Notes: generated by a model from the sequence alone, not told the origin. A DNA stretch of 64,000 bases from Octopus sinensis (GCF_006345805.1 NC_043004.1:49972001-50036000), one strand, 5' to 3'. Numbered from the stretch's first letter, positions 26,131-39,287 are shown. A program made the numbers and translations.

Positions 26131-28603
26131 CACTGTAACACCAATTTTGTTTTTCTAAATGTTTTCAATGTTCCTTGGTGTTCTTCTTCTGATTTTAAAA
26201 ATGCCCTTAGATTTTGCTTCCCATCGATATCTTAAGAAATAATCATGGTTTTATACTGGAAGAAAAACATATTTTGATACGGTAGTGCTATATTGACCTT
26301 ATTCACATTGTGCTACAATATCAATCAAGAAATATTTTTGTCATCATTTATTGCATTGCACTTTAAGCTACACAGAAAATCTAAGTAGACATATGCTGAG
26401 ATTACACTAGAAATGCATTAAAGATTGTGTTTTCCTTTATCTTTACGGTCTCTCATTATGATAGTGCCTTATCTTCCTTGGTATCTCTTCTCCAGTGTAG
26501 TAATGTCCTGATGGCATCTCTGACCATGCTCCTTACTGACCTGGGAAGAAGTCTAAATGTGAATTCATGAAGTGCACGTTTAAGGACGTTCGATAACTTA
26601 ACTTCTTAAAACATCTAATTAAGCGTTGCCAGCAGCTGCTTGTAGTTGGGACTTTTGTTCTGACCTTGGAAACTATAGAATATGCCGTGATTTGCACACC
26701 ATGTCTCTTTTTCGATATCACTCATTGCTTTATCATATTTCTCTGAACTCAGTATTGTCATTATTTGTGGTCCAGTAAAAATGCCATCCTTAAACTTTGT
26801 CTCAGATAGCTTTGGAAAGAGCAAACGAATTTCTTGAAAGCTTTCTCCAAAATGATCAAAAGCCTTCACATTGTTTGACCAAACCCAGTTTTATGTGAAG
26901 TGGAGGTAACAAAACATTGGCAGACTCTACAAGAGGTTGTCTTATAACATTCCCGGATGCATATCATTTCTTAGGGAGGGAGGGGGGTCACTCAATCTTA
27001 CGGTATGATCGGCTTTGCGGTGCCATACACAAAGAAAACATGAATATTTTGTGCATCCACTCTGCAATCCTAGGAAGAAGACAAGCTTCTTAAAATAACC
27101 ACAAATATCTTACTTATAGTCTTTCTGAAGAAGCTTTTTGACAGTTTCATATTTTTCTTTCATCTGAAAAGAGTATGCGATAGGCAGAGATGTATACTGA
27201 TTTCCATTGTGTAGTAAAACTGCTTTGAGGCTTCTAACTGAGCTGTCTATGAAAAGGTACAATTCTTTTGGGACATGATCAATTCCATTAGCTGCAAGCA
27301 AGCCACTTATATCTTTGCAGAGATAGATCTTCAGAAATATCAAAGTATACTTCGAATTCCTCATGTCGTTTCCTGTATACTGTTGATTTGTAGTCCTCCT
27401 TTAACAAATTCCGCTCCTTCAGCTTGGATGCTACAAATTCAGCTCCTGAATTGGTGAGGCCTAAACCCCGATGAGATCGTCCAGTACGCGTTGATTTGGA
27501 AAGTGTGGTTGAATATTCATTCTTGGCTCGATTGCTTCATCCATCTCTTGGTTGCTGCTACCTTCGGACTATCCAGGTGACAGCTCCATAGTATCTTCTA
27601 CCTGACAAGATAAAATGTTTGCATACAATGACTTGAACTATAGTATGAGTTTTATTAGTGACCATAACATTAAAAGAAAACTGAGTTAAATATTTTTAAC
27701 CTTTGAATTTTGATTCTTTTGTCATATGAAATTCAAATTCGATTGAAGCATTGTGATGGGATTTTCTAACATTCTCTGATTGTTGTGATACCAGTAATTT
27801 GTCATCTTGTGGCACAGGTGCTGGGATAATGAAGTGCTTGTTTTTCTATAAATTTTCTGTACTTTGTTACGTCAATCATGTAAAGACAGCAGCCATCGTG
27901 ATGGCTTTGTAACTCTTGCCATACACTTGGGATGGCAAAAGGCATACACCTTCTTTCTAAATTTGATCGACAACTTCCACATGTAGGGGCCCAAGGCTTA
28001 CTTTGGTCACCTAAATTCATTACAAAGTAGAGTCTGTAAACGATTCCGCATTTGGCACCTTTCACGATTTTATGTGATGCATGCTTTGTTCCAACATACT
28101 ACCTGCACACATAACAGAAATATTCTGGAGAATTTCTGTACCCTGTAGTAACTATGGTCAAGAAAATTTAGAGAAATACTCACAATACAAAAGCTGAAGG
28201 AGAAAATATATTAGTACCATATCAATATGGACCTTAATGAATAGGCTCTTTACTACACAGAAAGGGAGTCCGTCATTTCTGACAGACTGAAATGAAATTG
28301 GCATACCTGTTGAGTACCATGAAAAGTGGAGTAGCTTATCACTGTTCATTCATTAGAGGTTTATATTAAACCAAAAGCACGATTTTCCCTAGCTATCTCA
28401 AATTTTGGGTACAATTACAAATGAGCAGATGGCCTTTCCCATAAACAATACGTTTGTTATTAATTAGCGTAGTTTCATATATTTCAGCGACAGTCGATGG
28501 TCAAGAAAAAGTAAGATAATTTTCGGAATTGGAGCGAAAATTTGCATATAAACACTTAGAAAATTAGGATAAGAAAACTTTTGCAAAATTTTATAACACA
28601 GTT
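26131..28603 (-). mobile_element. Degenerate Chapaev3 (CMC superfamily) DNA transposon
   Basis: Termini cactgtaacaccaatttt and aaaattttataacacagtt, both flanked by TAA (TWA-type TSD). Fragments FCYVC, LGDQSKPWAP, LFIDSSVRSLKAVLLHNGN, FPKLSETKFKDGIFTGPQI. Family assignment is from recalled motifs. Confidence 0.75.
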
Positions 28604-29175
28604 TAATTGGTTAATGGAAATTCCTAATAAATGTTTAAAAATTCTAAGCATATTATTTAATTCCCTGCATGATAATTAATTTTAATTTCTAATGTAATAC
28701 TTTCACTAAATTATTTTACAAATACTCTAAGCTGATCACCAAGTAACCTGATTTAACCAATTAATAATTACAGTGACCACTAAATAATCAACACTGACTA
28801 CCAAATAATCTACCGATCATCAATCAAGATAATCTAGAGAGACTACCATATTATCTACGCTGACCCGCACATACTGTAAAATTGTCAACAAACACTGTAC
28901 AATGACCCTAGAATATTTATTTCGCTATTAAATAGAATATGAAATGACTTTGGACTGTTAATCTGAACTTGTTCTGCCTTTCTTATTTCTTCTCTTTCTT
29001 TCCCAGATATGTGAGACACTCTTGTCCTATGGAGTAACAGTGTTCCAAACTAGTGCTGTACATCCCGGAGGTAAAAAAGGCCAATATGTCAGTGGTGACA
29101 AGGAATACGACAGGGAATGTTACGGTTGGCTGAGCTTGTTTATTCAGATTAAAACTTCATTGATTTAATACTCAC

Positions 29176-29300
29176 TTCGTTGTTGCTGTGGTTGTTGGCG
29201 TTGTTACTTTTGGTTGTTTAAACAGACGCAAACATTGACAAAACCACGCTTTGCTTTTTTAATTTTTAATCACGTTTCTCCTGTGATTTATTAAAGATTT
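29176..29300 (-). other. Putative non-coding first exon of gene A
   Basis: Strong minus-strand donor CGAA|gtgagt at 29176/29175. A matching acceptor ttttgtgtttttcag lies at 22741/22740, 142 nt upstream of the gene A ATG. The 5' boundary is a guess. Confidence 0.4.
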
Positions 29301-29520
29301 CTCGGGGTAATTACAATACTCTGAAAGAAAATAAACTTAGTATCGTTATCAAAGGCGCCTTTATCTAAAGCTACAGTAGAGCTCGTGGAAATTCCCCGGA
29401 ATGGAAAAAATTAAGAGGCCCTATTTAAGAAAAAGCCGACGATTTGCATTTTTATGATATCCATAGTTTAGCTTTCTTTAAATATTCTTGACGTTCGTCT
29501 CCATTCATTTCCTCACGTCT
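29290..29520. promoter_or_regulatory. Candidate bidirectional promoter with NF-kB/Rel site
   Basis: ggaaattcccc at 29387-29397 (reverse complement GGGGAATTTCC), octamer ATTTGCAT at 29442-29449, TATTTAA at 29422-29428, TGACGT near 29489. Non-repetitive, CpG-richer sequence between two outward-pointing splice donors. Confidence 0.45.
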
Positions 29521-29649
29521 CCGCCGTCGTTGTCTTTTTCCTCTTTTTATTATAATCTTCTCGCTGTTCCTTTCTCATCCGGTGCTCTATATCTGCGCAA
29601 CCTTTCTCGGGCAGTTTGCACTGTTTTTTTTATTTTGTGAATCTAGAGA
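29505..29649 (+). other. Putative non-coding first exon of a plus-strand transcript (possibly paralog B)
   Basis: Pyrimidine-rich UTR-like sequence ending in donor AGA|gtaagc at 29649/29650. Candidate acceptor tgtaacag| at 40103/40104 upstream of the paralog B ATG. The 5' boundary is a guess. Confidence 0.35.
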
Positions 29650-29802
29650 GTAAGCTAAGTTAACCCTTATAAACAAATATCAATCTTTTAAGCGGGCAGA
29701 CGATAACTGTACTTATGCATATGCAATGGTCGCTATAAAAAAATTAGTTCAATGAAAAAAATCCTTTTCAGTATCAGCACTCCACCGCTGTCTTTCTGTC
29801 CC

Positions 29803-29891
<89 letters not shown>

Positions 29892-30609
29892 ATAACTGCG
29901 TCTCCTATCGAATCTCTCTCTCTCTCTCTATCTACTTTCCCCTTCAGCTAACTTTTTAACCGCGTAATAAGTATTCCTTCCCCCACCCCACCACTCGTCG
30001 TTAACACTTCTCTCTCCCTATTTTTCTCTCGTCGTCTTTCTCTCTCGTTCTTCGCCTCACCTTCAGCTGACCACGTGACCATTTGGTTTGGCCCAGGTAT
30101 ATTAATTTCAATCACCTTTCTCTACTTCTTCCTCTCTTCTTTTTTCGCTCCTCCATCTCTCTCACTCCTACTCCACCTCTCACCCAATCCACCTCCACGT
30201 CTCTAACTAACTAATGTGTAATGGGCGATCGAACAAGCAGGTTATTATATAGATACTCTATATTTAACCCTTTATCATTCAAATTACTCTGTCAAATATA
30301 ATGCTTCTTTTTCCTCATTGCTTTGAATTTATGTATTGTCGCGTAACCTTGAGAATTCGATTTCTGTCCGGTTTTAACAACAAGCAGCAGGAACACTATT
30401 TTGGTCACATATGGCTGGTTTAAATGCTAGAAGGATAAACTACTAACTAAATGAAGGCGGCAAAATCGCAGAATCGTTAGAAGGCCTGATAAAATACTAC
30501 ACGGCATTTATCCTGTCTTTATGTTCTGAGTTCAAATGCCGTTGAGATCTACTTTGCCATTCATGCTTTCGGTGGTCGATAAAATAATCACGGGGTGAGC
30601 AGTGGGGGA

Positions 30610-32002
30610 TGGAATCGATATGTGGTGTGAAAGGTACAGAACTTCTATAAATTTTGATTCACCCAGGATATCATCTTCAAGGTTTGGAAGGTGAGTGGAA
30701 GCATTGTTGAGGATGAGGAGGGCCTTGAGAGGGAGACTTGTTCTCCAGAGGTACTTTTTCAATGTTGTGTTCGAAGACAAAGTTGTCCCACTCGGAGAAG
30801 AATTGCCTGGTGATCCAAGCTTTAACGTTTGTCCTCCACATAACCTGCAGCTTCTCCTTCGCGATTTGTGTGACTTGAACGCTCGTGGGTTTTCGGAATG
30901 GTAGACAAGGAGCGGCTTAATCTTCAAGTCTCCACTCGCATCAGCACAAAGGGCGGGAGTTAGCCTACTTTTCATAGGTTTGTCGCCTGACGTTTACTCC
31001 TCTGCAGTTTTGTAGGTTCTCCTAGGCATTTATTTTACCAAAACAAGCTAGTTTCATCACAGTTGAATACTTGTTGTGCGATGTATCCCTCGGTTACGAT
31101 GAGCAGACGGAAATCTCGCACGAAATCTCCAGTTACCTTCGTGTCAGAACGCCTTGCTTCTCCATACCTGACGACGCTATGAACACCACTCCTTTTGTTG
31201 AAATAATCAAACCAGTCACAACTGGCCTCAAATGCGTCTGCTAATGTCTCCTCCGTCGATGTTTCAGGGCTTTGCTTCGGGAGATCCCCATATACCGCTC
31301 GTGCTTTCTCGAAGACGATGGTCTCCGTAATTGTATCCCCTGCGAGTTGCTCCCCGTTGATCCGCAGGAGAAGCAACTTTTCCATCCTTTCGTGGACAGA
31401 TGTGCGTTGCTTAGAGAACCTGGAGACACCCTTTGCTGTTGTAAAAGCCTTGAACTTGTCCTTTTTCTTCAGGATGGTGCAGATCGTCGACGTGCTTCGG
31501 TCGTATTGACGGGCTACATCCACTACACGCACGACCCACTCTTGTTTATCGGTGATTTCCTTCTTCAATTCCATCGTAACTAGCTTCTTCTTCTTCTTCT
31601 TCTTCTTCTTCTTCTTCTTCTTCTTCTTCTTCTTCTTCTTCTTCTTCTTCTTCTTCTTCTTCTTCTCAACACTGACCTTTGCACTAACCTTTTTAGAATC
31701 CATGGCTAACATAACTAACTATTATAAAATAATAGCAAAAATGCACGAAACTAAACAAAAACATTGGGGAAAACAGATCAGCGATGCTGCCACAGCAAGA
31801 TAAACACCGTGGACTGAGCGAGCCGAAACTGAGCTTGTTGGGAGAGCGGTGTGTGAGCTCAGCGCCGACTAGCGGTCGCTTGTAGGAAACTCACTCGTAC
31901 TGCAGATTTCTGCTCGTACTTCAAGACATGAATTCGCACGAACCTCGGCTAATACAGCAAATTACTCGTACAATGGCGCACTCGTACTGCGAGGTTCTAC
32001 TG
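30610..32002 (-). mobile_element. Tigger/pogo transposon remnant
   Basis: Terminus cagtagaacctcg with TA. CENP-B-type HTH (VARQYDRSTSTICTILKKK), FEASCDWF, QQVFNCDETSLFW, LCADASGDLKIKPLLVYHSENPRAFK. Confidence 0.9.
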
Positions 32003-32419
32003 TACTACCATACACAAAAAAGAAAGAAAGAAAGAAAGAAAAGAAAGAAGCCGTAATGTAAGGAAGATAACGAACGACACTTTATTAATAAGTTATCTCC
32101 CGTGAACAATGCATCTCAAGCTATAGAGATTGAAAGCTATTTTTTCTTTTGCAAACATTCGTCTCCTTTCTGCATTCGTTACATATTCTAAAACTAGGAC
32201 CATTTTCTCCTTTCTCTCACCGCTCTTTATTTCGTTCTGATCATTTGCTTATAATAATGACTGCTATGCTATTCAGTGGAGAATTTCTCTGGTACTTTTT
32301 GCTCAGTCTAATTACGATGTTGATAATGAAAATGATGATGATGGACAGACAGACAGACAGACAGACGACAGATAGACAGACAGATAGACAGACAGGCAGA
32401 CAGACAGACAGACACAGAC

Positions 32420-32488
<69 letters not shown>

Positions 32489-32509
32489 TACAGTCAGACA
32501 GACAGACAC

Positions 32510-32577
<68 letters not shown>

Positions 32578-32584
32578 GCAGACG

Positions 32585-32675
<91 letters not shown>

Positions 32676-32910
32676 TAGTAGATACATGCGTGCATATATC
32701 GATGCACTACGTACGCACGCGGGCGCAGTCATACACCCACCACACACGCACACATACAGACCCAGGAGTGGTTGTGTGGTATGAAATTGCTTTCCAACCA
32801 CGTGGTCCCGGATTCAGTCCCACTGCATGGCGATTTTGGTAAGTCTCTTCTGCTATAGACTCGGACCGACCAAAACTTAGTGAGTGGATTTGGTAGACAG
32901 AAACCGTCAT

Positions 32911-32947
<37 letters not shown>

Positions 32948-34473
32948 TGTTTGTGTGTGTGTGTGTGAATGTGTGTGTGTTTGTCTGTGTATGTGTATGT
33001 GTGTCTGTGTGTTTGTATGTATGTGTGTTTTTATGTATACGTGTGTGTGTGTGTGTGAGTGTGTGTGCGCGCGCGCGTGTTTGTTTATTTTTCTCTCACC
33101 GCGGCTTGACAACCGGTATTTGCATGTTTACGTCCCCGTAAGATAGCGGTTCAAGAAAAAATGGCCTATGGAATAAGTACCAGGATTTTAAAAAATTACT
33201 GTAAGTATGAGAAGTACTTTCATATAAGAAGTTTAACAGGCTCACCATTGGAATCTCGTAGAACACAGAAATGTAAGAAAATAAAGATAGCTGCTAATAT
33301 TTTCTTGGTAAAGTTAGGGCGGCGAGCTGGCGGAATCGTTAACACACCGGACAAAATACTTCGCCAATCTTAGTCTTTACGTTCTGTGTTCATGCTCCAT
33401 CGCGGTCGACTTTGTTTTTCATCTTTTCGGGGTTGACAAAGGTCGATATAATCTAACTCTGCCAAAATTTGAAACAATTATTATTAGAATGGTGTTGTTG
33501 TTTTGTAATGTAGACACATAAATGTCACTACTATGGCTTGTTTCCATCAGCGGTATCTATTCTTGGGAGCTCGCCAGTAACACACACCTACCACCCACGC
33601 TTATTACACTACCTTCTGTCAACTTCGTTCCATGAAATCTTCTCAGTTCCGCACTATTATGTTCAGAACATCTGTCCTATGTTATCTCCTCTCTGTTCAT
33701 GTCTTTCTTCTGCGTGTTCACGTATGTATGTGGATAAGCAAGCAACTGTCTTTAGTTCAACGGTCGTAGATAAAGTGAATAGTCACCGAGGCACCTAGTG
33801 AGATGTATTGTGAAATTCATAGAGTAACTTGAAGTAAATATTCCATATTCTCTTTACGTTGTATTCCTGAGGTTCATTGCTTATTTCAGTTGAATTCAGA
33901 GATACATAACATCATAGCATCCATTACCTGTGACATAGCTGTGCACTATTAGTGATTATGTTGAAATACCTAACGTGAATTAAAATTTACCTGCCGAAGT
34001 TCACAAGTCTCTATTCAATGTAGGTTGGTGGGATTTTCTGTTTCTGATATGTGTCATACAGGTTCACAGAAGCATTCAAGAAAGTGAATGCATTTTATGA
34101 CCATGATTGTGTGGCTCGTGTGAGTGTAATTGCTAAAATAGCAACATCTAATGTATGGTGGGATATTAAACCAAACTTTCCTACAGATCAACTTCGCTTT
34201 TGTTCCTTCTATTTTAGGTCGAGGCCAACGTTGTTTGAATTCTTTTATCCTTTTTACTGTTTCAGTCATTTTAGTGCGGGGTTTTTGAAGCACAGCCTTG
34301 CAAGGTTTTAGTTGAACAAATCGACACTCAAAAGGCTTTGGTCGGCCCGGAGGTATAGTATAAGATATTTACCCTCGGTGCCACGCAGTGGGACTGAACC
34401 AGAACCATGTGATTGGGAAGCAAGCTTCTCACCATACAGCCACACTGCTCCTATATGTATGTGTATTATTATG

Positions 34474-34591
<118 letters not shown>

Positions 34592-35123
34592 TCCTAGTTA
34601 CTCTAGGAATTTCACAAGACATCTCAGATATACATATATATTCTTTTATTGTTATATTTGTTTCAGTTATTTCACTACGGCCGTACTGGAGCACCGCCTT
34701 TTAGTCGAACAAATTGACCGCAGGATTTATTCTTTGTAAGCCTAGTACTTATTCTATCGGTCTGTTTTGCTGAACCTCTAATGTATGGGGACGTAAGCAT
34801 ACCAACATCGGTTGTCAAGCGATGGTGGAGGAACAAATACATACATACGAGCATATACATATACGTGTATATATATAAATATATAAGTATATATATATAT
34901 ATAGTAGGGGATATAATTCCAAACTTACAGGGAAAAATTCAATTTAGCGATTCTAAATCAAATTTCACAATATATAATATATATATATGTAAAATTGAGA
35001 GAAAGACCTCTATTAAACAATTCAATAGTGAAAGACGCTATTCACACCATATAGAAAAAGTGAAATATACTATAGAAAACATTATTCTAAAAATCAATAA
35101 ACTACATAAACGATAAATAGTAA

Positions 35124-35242
35124 ATAGGCTACACGCTTTTCATGACTATATTTTCAATACATAATAATAACAAAATCAATTCGATTAAAACTAAATCGAT
35201 CTAAAATTAATTCTATTTTAAAATATAGTCACTCATCAGGTC

Positions 35243-35245
<3 letters not shown>
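35124..35245 (-). ncRNA. Hammerhead-like motif with 13-bp stem II base
   Basis: Minus strand: atagac-CTGATGA-GTGACTATATTTT...AAAATATAGTCAT-GAAA-agcgt-GTA-gcctat. One stem III mismatch. Confidence 0.6.
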
Positions 35246-35310
<65 letters not shown>

Positions 35311-35313
<3 letters not shown>

Positions 35314-35638
35314 GCTTTCTAATTGATGTATCAATACCGGCTGATGACAACGTGTCTCTAAAAGAATGGAGAAACTCTCAAAATACAAAGACCTGGAATA
35401 TAGGTAACTAGAATGTGGAATCTGAAAACAGAAACAATTCCTATCATAGTAGGTGCATTAGGCATGATAAAAAAATATTCAGACAAATACATAACAAAAA
35501 CACCAGGACTTAAAACACATATAACATACAGAAAATTGCACTAACGGCACTGCACACATCCTACGCAGAACACTTTCCATACAATAACCATCAAAGCATC
35601 ACAACGTGAAGTGAAAGCACGCTATAAAAATAAAACTA

Positions 35639-35640
<2 letters not shown>
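35311..35640 (+). mobile_element. 3' fragment of an R4/Dong-like LINE inside an (AAT)n tract
   Basis: LIDVSIPADDNVSLKE, KYKDLE, RMWNLKTETIPIIVGALG, TAHILRRTLSIQ; (AAT)n on both sides. Confidence 0.85.
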
Positions 35641-35729
<89 letters not shown>

Positions 35730-36426
35730 TAAACAATATAATAAATGTACGTATATACACTTATAATTAACTAATGAATATATAAAAATACGTGTTTTAA
35801 CAATAAACAATAGAATTTCTTCGATAAGATAAGTTATGTTTTCATTTTAAATAATACTGTTAAATTTTATTCTACGAAGGATTGTCATACACTATAACAT
35901 TTCGTCTAGAACTCCCGCGTAAATGGACCTAAATGGGCATAGCGTTTTGCATGTAGGGTCTCCCATACATTTTTAATCTTCTTATAAAAGTGAAAGGATT
36001 TTGTCAATTTATTTACTTCGACTGTCCACCTGCGCGGTAACCCAGTAAGGAAACAGAATTTGGAAGCTATCATTTTCATTATTGACATTATTTATATTTG
36101 ATGGAGGTTTGTGTGTCTCATAGCTAGCTAGAGGCGATGGCCTCTTGGGGCTAATCAACGGCAGCATTCGTCCTATTTTCGTGGACTGCCATGTTAACTT
36201 GGTGATAACACACACACACATACAAATACAAACGCACACACACACATACACACACATACACACACACAAACGCAAACACACACACATACATATATATGAG
36301 GAAAAACAAGAAGAAAATGGAGAAGAAATGGCTGAATGAATAATTTATTTGTTACAATAAGATCAAAGTTTTCTTTAAAAAAAATAACAGTACAAATAAA
36401 TTGATTGCAATAAAATAAAATAAAGT

Positions 36427-36545
36427 ACCTACATATATGTTTCAGTCCTATCACCTAGTTGACTAGAGTTTCCAAGCATTCGATTTAATGCTGAGAAGGT
36501 TACCATATTCTAACCATATGGTGGTAGGACATCTTCAGGTTTAAT
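36427..36545 (-). ncRNA. Hammerhead-like motif
   Basis: Minus strand: CTGAAGA-t-GTCCTA...TAGGAC-t-GAAAC-ATATAT-GTA. Palindromic stem III ACATATATGT; stem I is poor. Confidence 0.5.
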
Positions 36546-37227
36546 ATAGTGCTCATGGATCTTTGGTAATCATTTTTCTTTTGAAGGTTGCATAGAGTAT
36601 TAGTGGGTTTAAAAGGATAAAAGCTATATATTGTAAGTGTATTTGATTCATGGGTTTTATATATTTGTGAATATACTATATATTATAATTTGAAGACAAA
36701 TAAAGTATGTATAAAAATTAAAATCAAGTTAAAGATTAAAAAAATAAAAATGACAGTAAAAACATAAAAACAGAAAACCAAATAGTATAAAATAAAATAA
36801 GATAAAATAGACTAAAAATAAAACCTATAGATTATTCTTATTTGTTTAATGATAGATATGACATGATGAGGATGGAGGATGGAGAATGGATGAAAATTGT
36901 AAACATAACCATTGTAATAGGCGTTTCTAGTGAAACTTACTGATCGACCGTTATTGATTAGTATATATAAATGCATATTTTAGATTAATGCATTAGGATT
37001 TTGGGACATGAACATCGAATACATAGTTACGCATACGTGTGTCATTGATCATATGTTTGCACATAGATAGGCATACGTACACACATATATATATAAGTTT
37101 ATACGTGTATGCATACACATAAATACACACACACACACATGCATCCATACATACACACACACAATGCATCCATACATACACACACACCACACATGCATCC
37201 ATACACACACACACACACACACATTAT

Positions 37228-37262
<35 letters not shown>

Positions 37263-37265
<3 letters not shown>

Positions 37266-37459
37266 ATTATATAAAATCCGTTGTCTGTCTGTTTGTGTGT
37301 CTTCTAGGATCTCGGGCATCCTCCATCCGATTGCGCTCAAATTTGATATGTAGATACCGACTGTATCAGGGCGTGTATAAGTCTTGAAAAAAATTACAAA
37401 AATCGATTCCAAGTGAGAATGCGATTGATAAAGTCTATCATTATTTCTTATTTTGCTAG
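37263..37459 (+). mobile_element. Short Helitron-like element
   Basis: A|TCTATTATATAAAA start and CTAG|T end; no clear hairpin. Confidence 0.5.
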
Positions 37460-38168
37460 TGTCTAAGGGTGATTCATGTCGCTTACTCCAGGATCCCTTC
37501 TCTGAACATTTCGGTAGATAATACATTTCTCATCACCTGTCACAATTATGCTTTTAAAAAGCGCGTTTTCATTCCGTTTATAAAGTGAATCACAGATGGA
37601 AATGCGATCTAAAAGTTTCTTCTCATTCAATTCATGTGATACCCAAACATCGTAGCGATTTGTGTACCCAAGCTTTACCAGGTCCTCATGAATGACGGAT
37701 TTTGATAGGTTGAGGCTTTCTGCCAATTCTCGGGTTGTGCAATTTGGGTTATTCTCAGTTAATGACTTGATTTGCTCATCATCTGTAGTGGATGGTCTGT
37801 CTGATCGCTCTTTATCAATAAGGCTACAATCTCCAGCTTGGAACTTCACAAACCACTTCCGTACAGTTCTTTCGGATAAAGACACATCACCGTAAACTGC
37901 GCATATTTCTTTGGTTGCTTGTGAGGTATTTTCCCTTTACGGAAAAAGAAAAGAATCAAGTGCCGAAAATGAACTTTCTTATCTTCCATTTTAAAGGGTT
38001 GCAGAATTAACACAGGTTATAGGAACATAAAACTTCCCCGAAAAGATAGCTTAAACTGTGTTCTAAATGGACGTGTAGTCAAATCCTATTTTATGGACTC
38101 AACCATGTTCTAAAATAAGTCGAAAGGTAAGCTATTATAAATCCGCACGAACTTTCCGGACAACCCAA
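37460..38168 (-). mobile_element. 5' half of a mariner of the same family as 60686-61977
   Basis: TIR at 38140-38168 followed by TA. ORF 37463-37885 is nearly identical to 60873-61235. Confidence 0.9.
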
Positions 38169-38239
38169 TATATATTATCATATGTTGTGCAAATATACCA
38201 ATGGCAGTATGTCCGATTGCATATATGGGGTTTTATGTA

Positions 38240-38295
<56 letters not shown>

Positions 38296-38388
38296 CTATA
38301 TGATGTATGTAAGTAGTCTATGGGTGTGCATGTGTATGTATGTATGTATGTATGTATGTATGTATGTATGTATGTATGTATGTATGTA

Positions 38389-39125
38389 CAGGGGTTGGAC
38401 AAAATCATAGCATAATAATTTCGAAATATCTATAAAACCGTCAAAAGCTTGTTTATTGGTATACTTTTTTTTATTTTTTTTGGTTTATTATTAATGTTGC
38501 TTAATATGTTTTGCTAAAATTGCTGTTTCTTTTTCAGATACCATCAGAAAAAGGTAATTTTATTCATTAAATTGACAGATCTCTCGGACTTTCAAAGAGG
38601 TCAAATTGTTGGTGCTCGTATGACAGGCGCTAGCGTAACGAAAACTGCCGAAATGCTTAGTGTATCAGAAGTACTATCTCGAAAGTAATGACAGCCTTTG
38701 AGAAAGAGGGGAAAACCTCCTCGTCAAAACAAAACTCTGGGAGAAAACCAAAACTTTCAAATAGAGACCGTCGGACTCTTACACGAATTGTTAGAAAGGA
38801 TCACAAAATTACTGCTCCTAAAATTATTGCAGGGCTTAACGACCACCTCGAGAACCCAGTTTCCACAAAATCTGTTCGCCGGGAGCTGCACAAAGCCTGA
38901 TTTCACTGGAGGGCTGCAATCAGAAAACCACTATTTTCAAAAACAAACATTGCAAAGCGTTTAGAGTGGAGTAAAAACCTACAAAATAGGTCCCTTGAGC
39001 AGTGGAAGAATGTTATTTTCTCGGACGAGTCATCCTTTACCTTATTTCCGACAACCGGCCGATTATACATGTGGGGACAGCCAAAAGAAGCGTTTGACCC
39101 AGGCTGCCTTCTTCCAAATGAAGAG
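38389..39125 (+). mobile_element. Tc1-like transposon 5' fragment
   Basis: TA-caggggttggacaaaat start; DFQRGQIVGAR, SGRKPKLS, VRRELHKA, KNVIFSDESSF. Confidence 0.85.
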
Positions 39126-39217
39126 AAAGCCAGGAAATTTGAGAGATGGAAACAAAAGAAAGAGTGAAAAAACGAAGTAAGTGTGAAGGAGCTGATAGAA
39201 ACAAAGAAAGTCGTACA

Positions 39218-39287
<70 letters not shown>

